Part shown: piece by piece, positions 59,301-60,000 of the stretch
How the letters are laid out: every line of letters begins with the position of its first letter
Numbering within the stretch: the first letter of the stretch is position 1
From: Mobula hypostoma
Taxonomy: Eukaryota
Assembly (NCBI RefSeq): GCF_963921235.1
Contig: NC_086101.1
Span: 4,962,001-5,022,000 of the forward strand
DNA length: 60,000 nt
Direction: 5' to 3'
Notes under the pieces: generated by a model
What the model was told of the DNA's origin: nothing
What the model saw: the letters and a program-made list of their open reading frames with translations, nothing else
Databases searched by the model: none
Program-made: the position numbers and the translations under genes

Positions 59301-60000
59301 TTCCCCCACCCCTACTCTCTCCCCACTATTCCCCCACCCCTCTCTCCCCCACTATTCCCCCACCCCTCTCTCCCCACTATTCCCCCACCCCTCTCTCTCC
59401 CCCACTATTCCCCCACCCCCCCCACCCCCCCACCCCTCTCCCCCACTATTCCCCACCCCCCCCCCCACTATTCCCCCACCCCCTCTCCCCACTATTCCCC
59501 CACCCCTCTCTCCTCCCCCACCCCCTCTCCCACTATTCCCCCACCCCTACTATTCCCCCACCCCTCTCTCTCCCCCCACCCCTCTCTCCCACTATTCCCC
59601 CACCCCTCTCTCCCCCCCACTATTCCCCCACCCCTCTCTCTCCCCCCACCCCCCACCCCCTCTCTCCCCCCACTATTCCCCCACCCCTCTCTCTCCCCAC
59701 TATTCCCCCACCCCTCTCTCTCCCCCCCACTATTCCCCCACCCCTCTCTCTCCCCACTATTCCCCCACCCCTCTCCCCCCCCCCCCCACTATTCCCCCAC
59801 CCCTCTCTCCCCCCACTATTCCCCCACCCCCACCCCCACTCCCCCACCCCTCTCTCTCTCCCCACTATTTCCCCACCTCTCTCTCCCCCACTATTCCGCA
59901 CCCCTCTCTCTCCCACTATTCCCCCACCCCTCTCTCTCCCCACTATTCCCCCACCCCTCTCTCTCCCCACTATTCCCCCACATCCTCTCTCCCCCCACTA
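47400..60000. repeat. C-rich satellite (about 25-28-bp unit CCCCACTATTCCCCCACCCCTCTCTCT), more than 12.5 kb, running off the window
   Basis: Direct inspection; 2237-bp higher-order duplication (ORF pairs 47646/49883, 48534/50771, 49141/51378). Confidence 0.97.

Overview
Vertebrate genomic DNA, most likely from a cartilaginous fish (inferred from the mix of CR1, Rex1/Babar, Penelope-like and SINE repeats). The main gene is an apparently intact + strand butyrophilin-family gene that I reassembled from 11 coding exons (15431-37826, 1503 nt, 500 aa). It encodes a signal peptide, IgV, IgC, a transmembrane segment, six 21/27-nt phase-1 micro-exons and a B30.2/PRY-SPRY domain. A CpG island at about 12.1-12.9 kb carries an IRF/ISRE-like motif and a strong splice donor, and is its likely promoter and exon 1. 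That region is duplicated at about 42.9-44.9 kb, where a 427-bp promoter core looks identical while the flanks have diverged and gained different insertions. A second gene probably starts on the - strand in a CpG island near 5.2 kb. Penelope-derived minimal hammerhead ribozyme motifs recur about 9 times, including a fold-back element and a 94-bp mini-insertion, both with target-site duplications. The rest is LINE/SINE/Tc1 fragments, several minisatellites and a C-rich satellite over 12.5 kb at the end. The giant ORFs in the ORF track are repeat artefacts.
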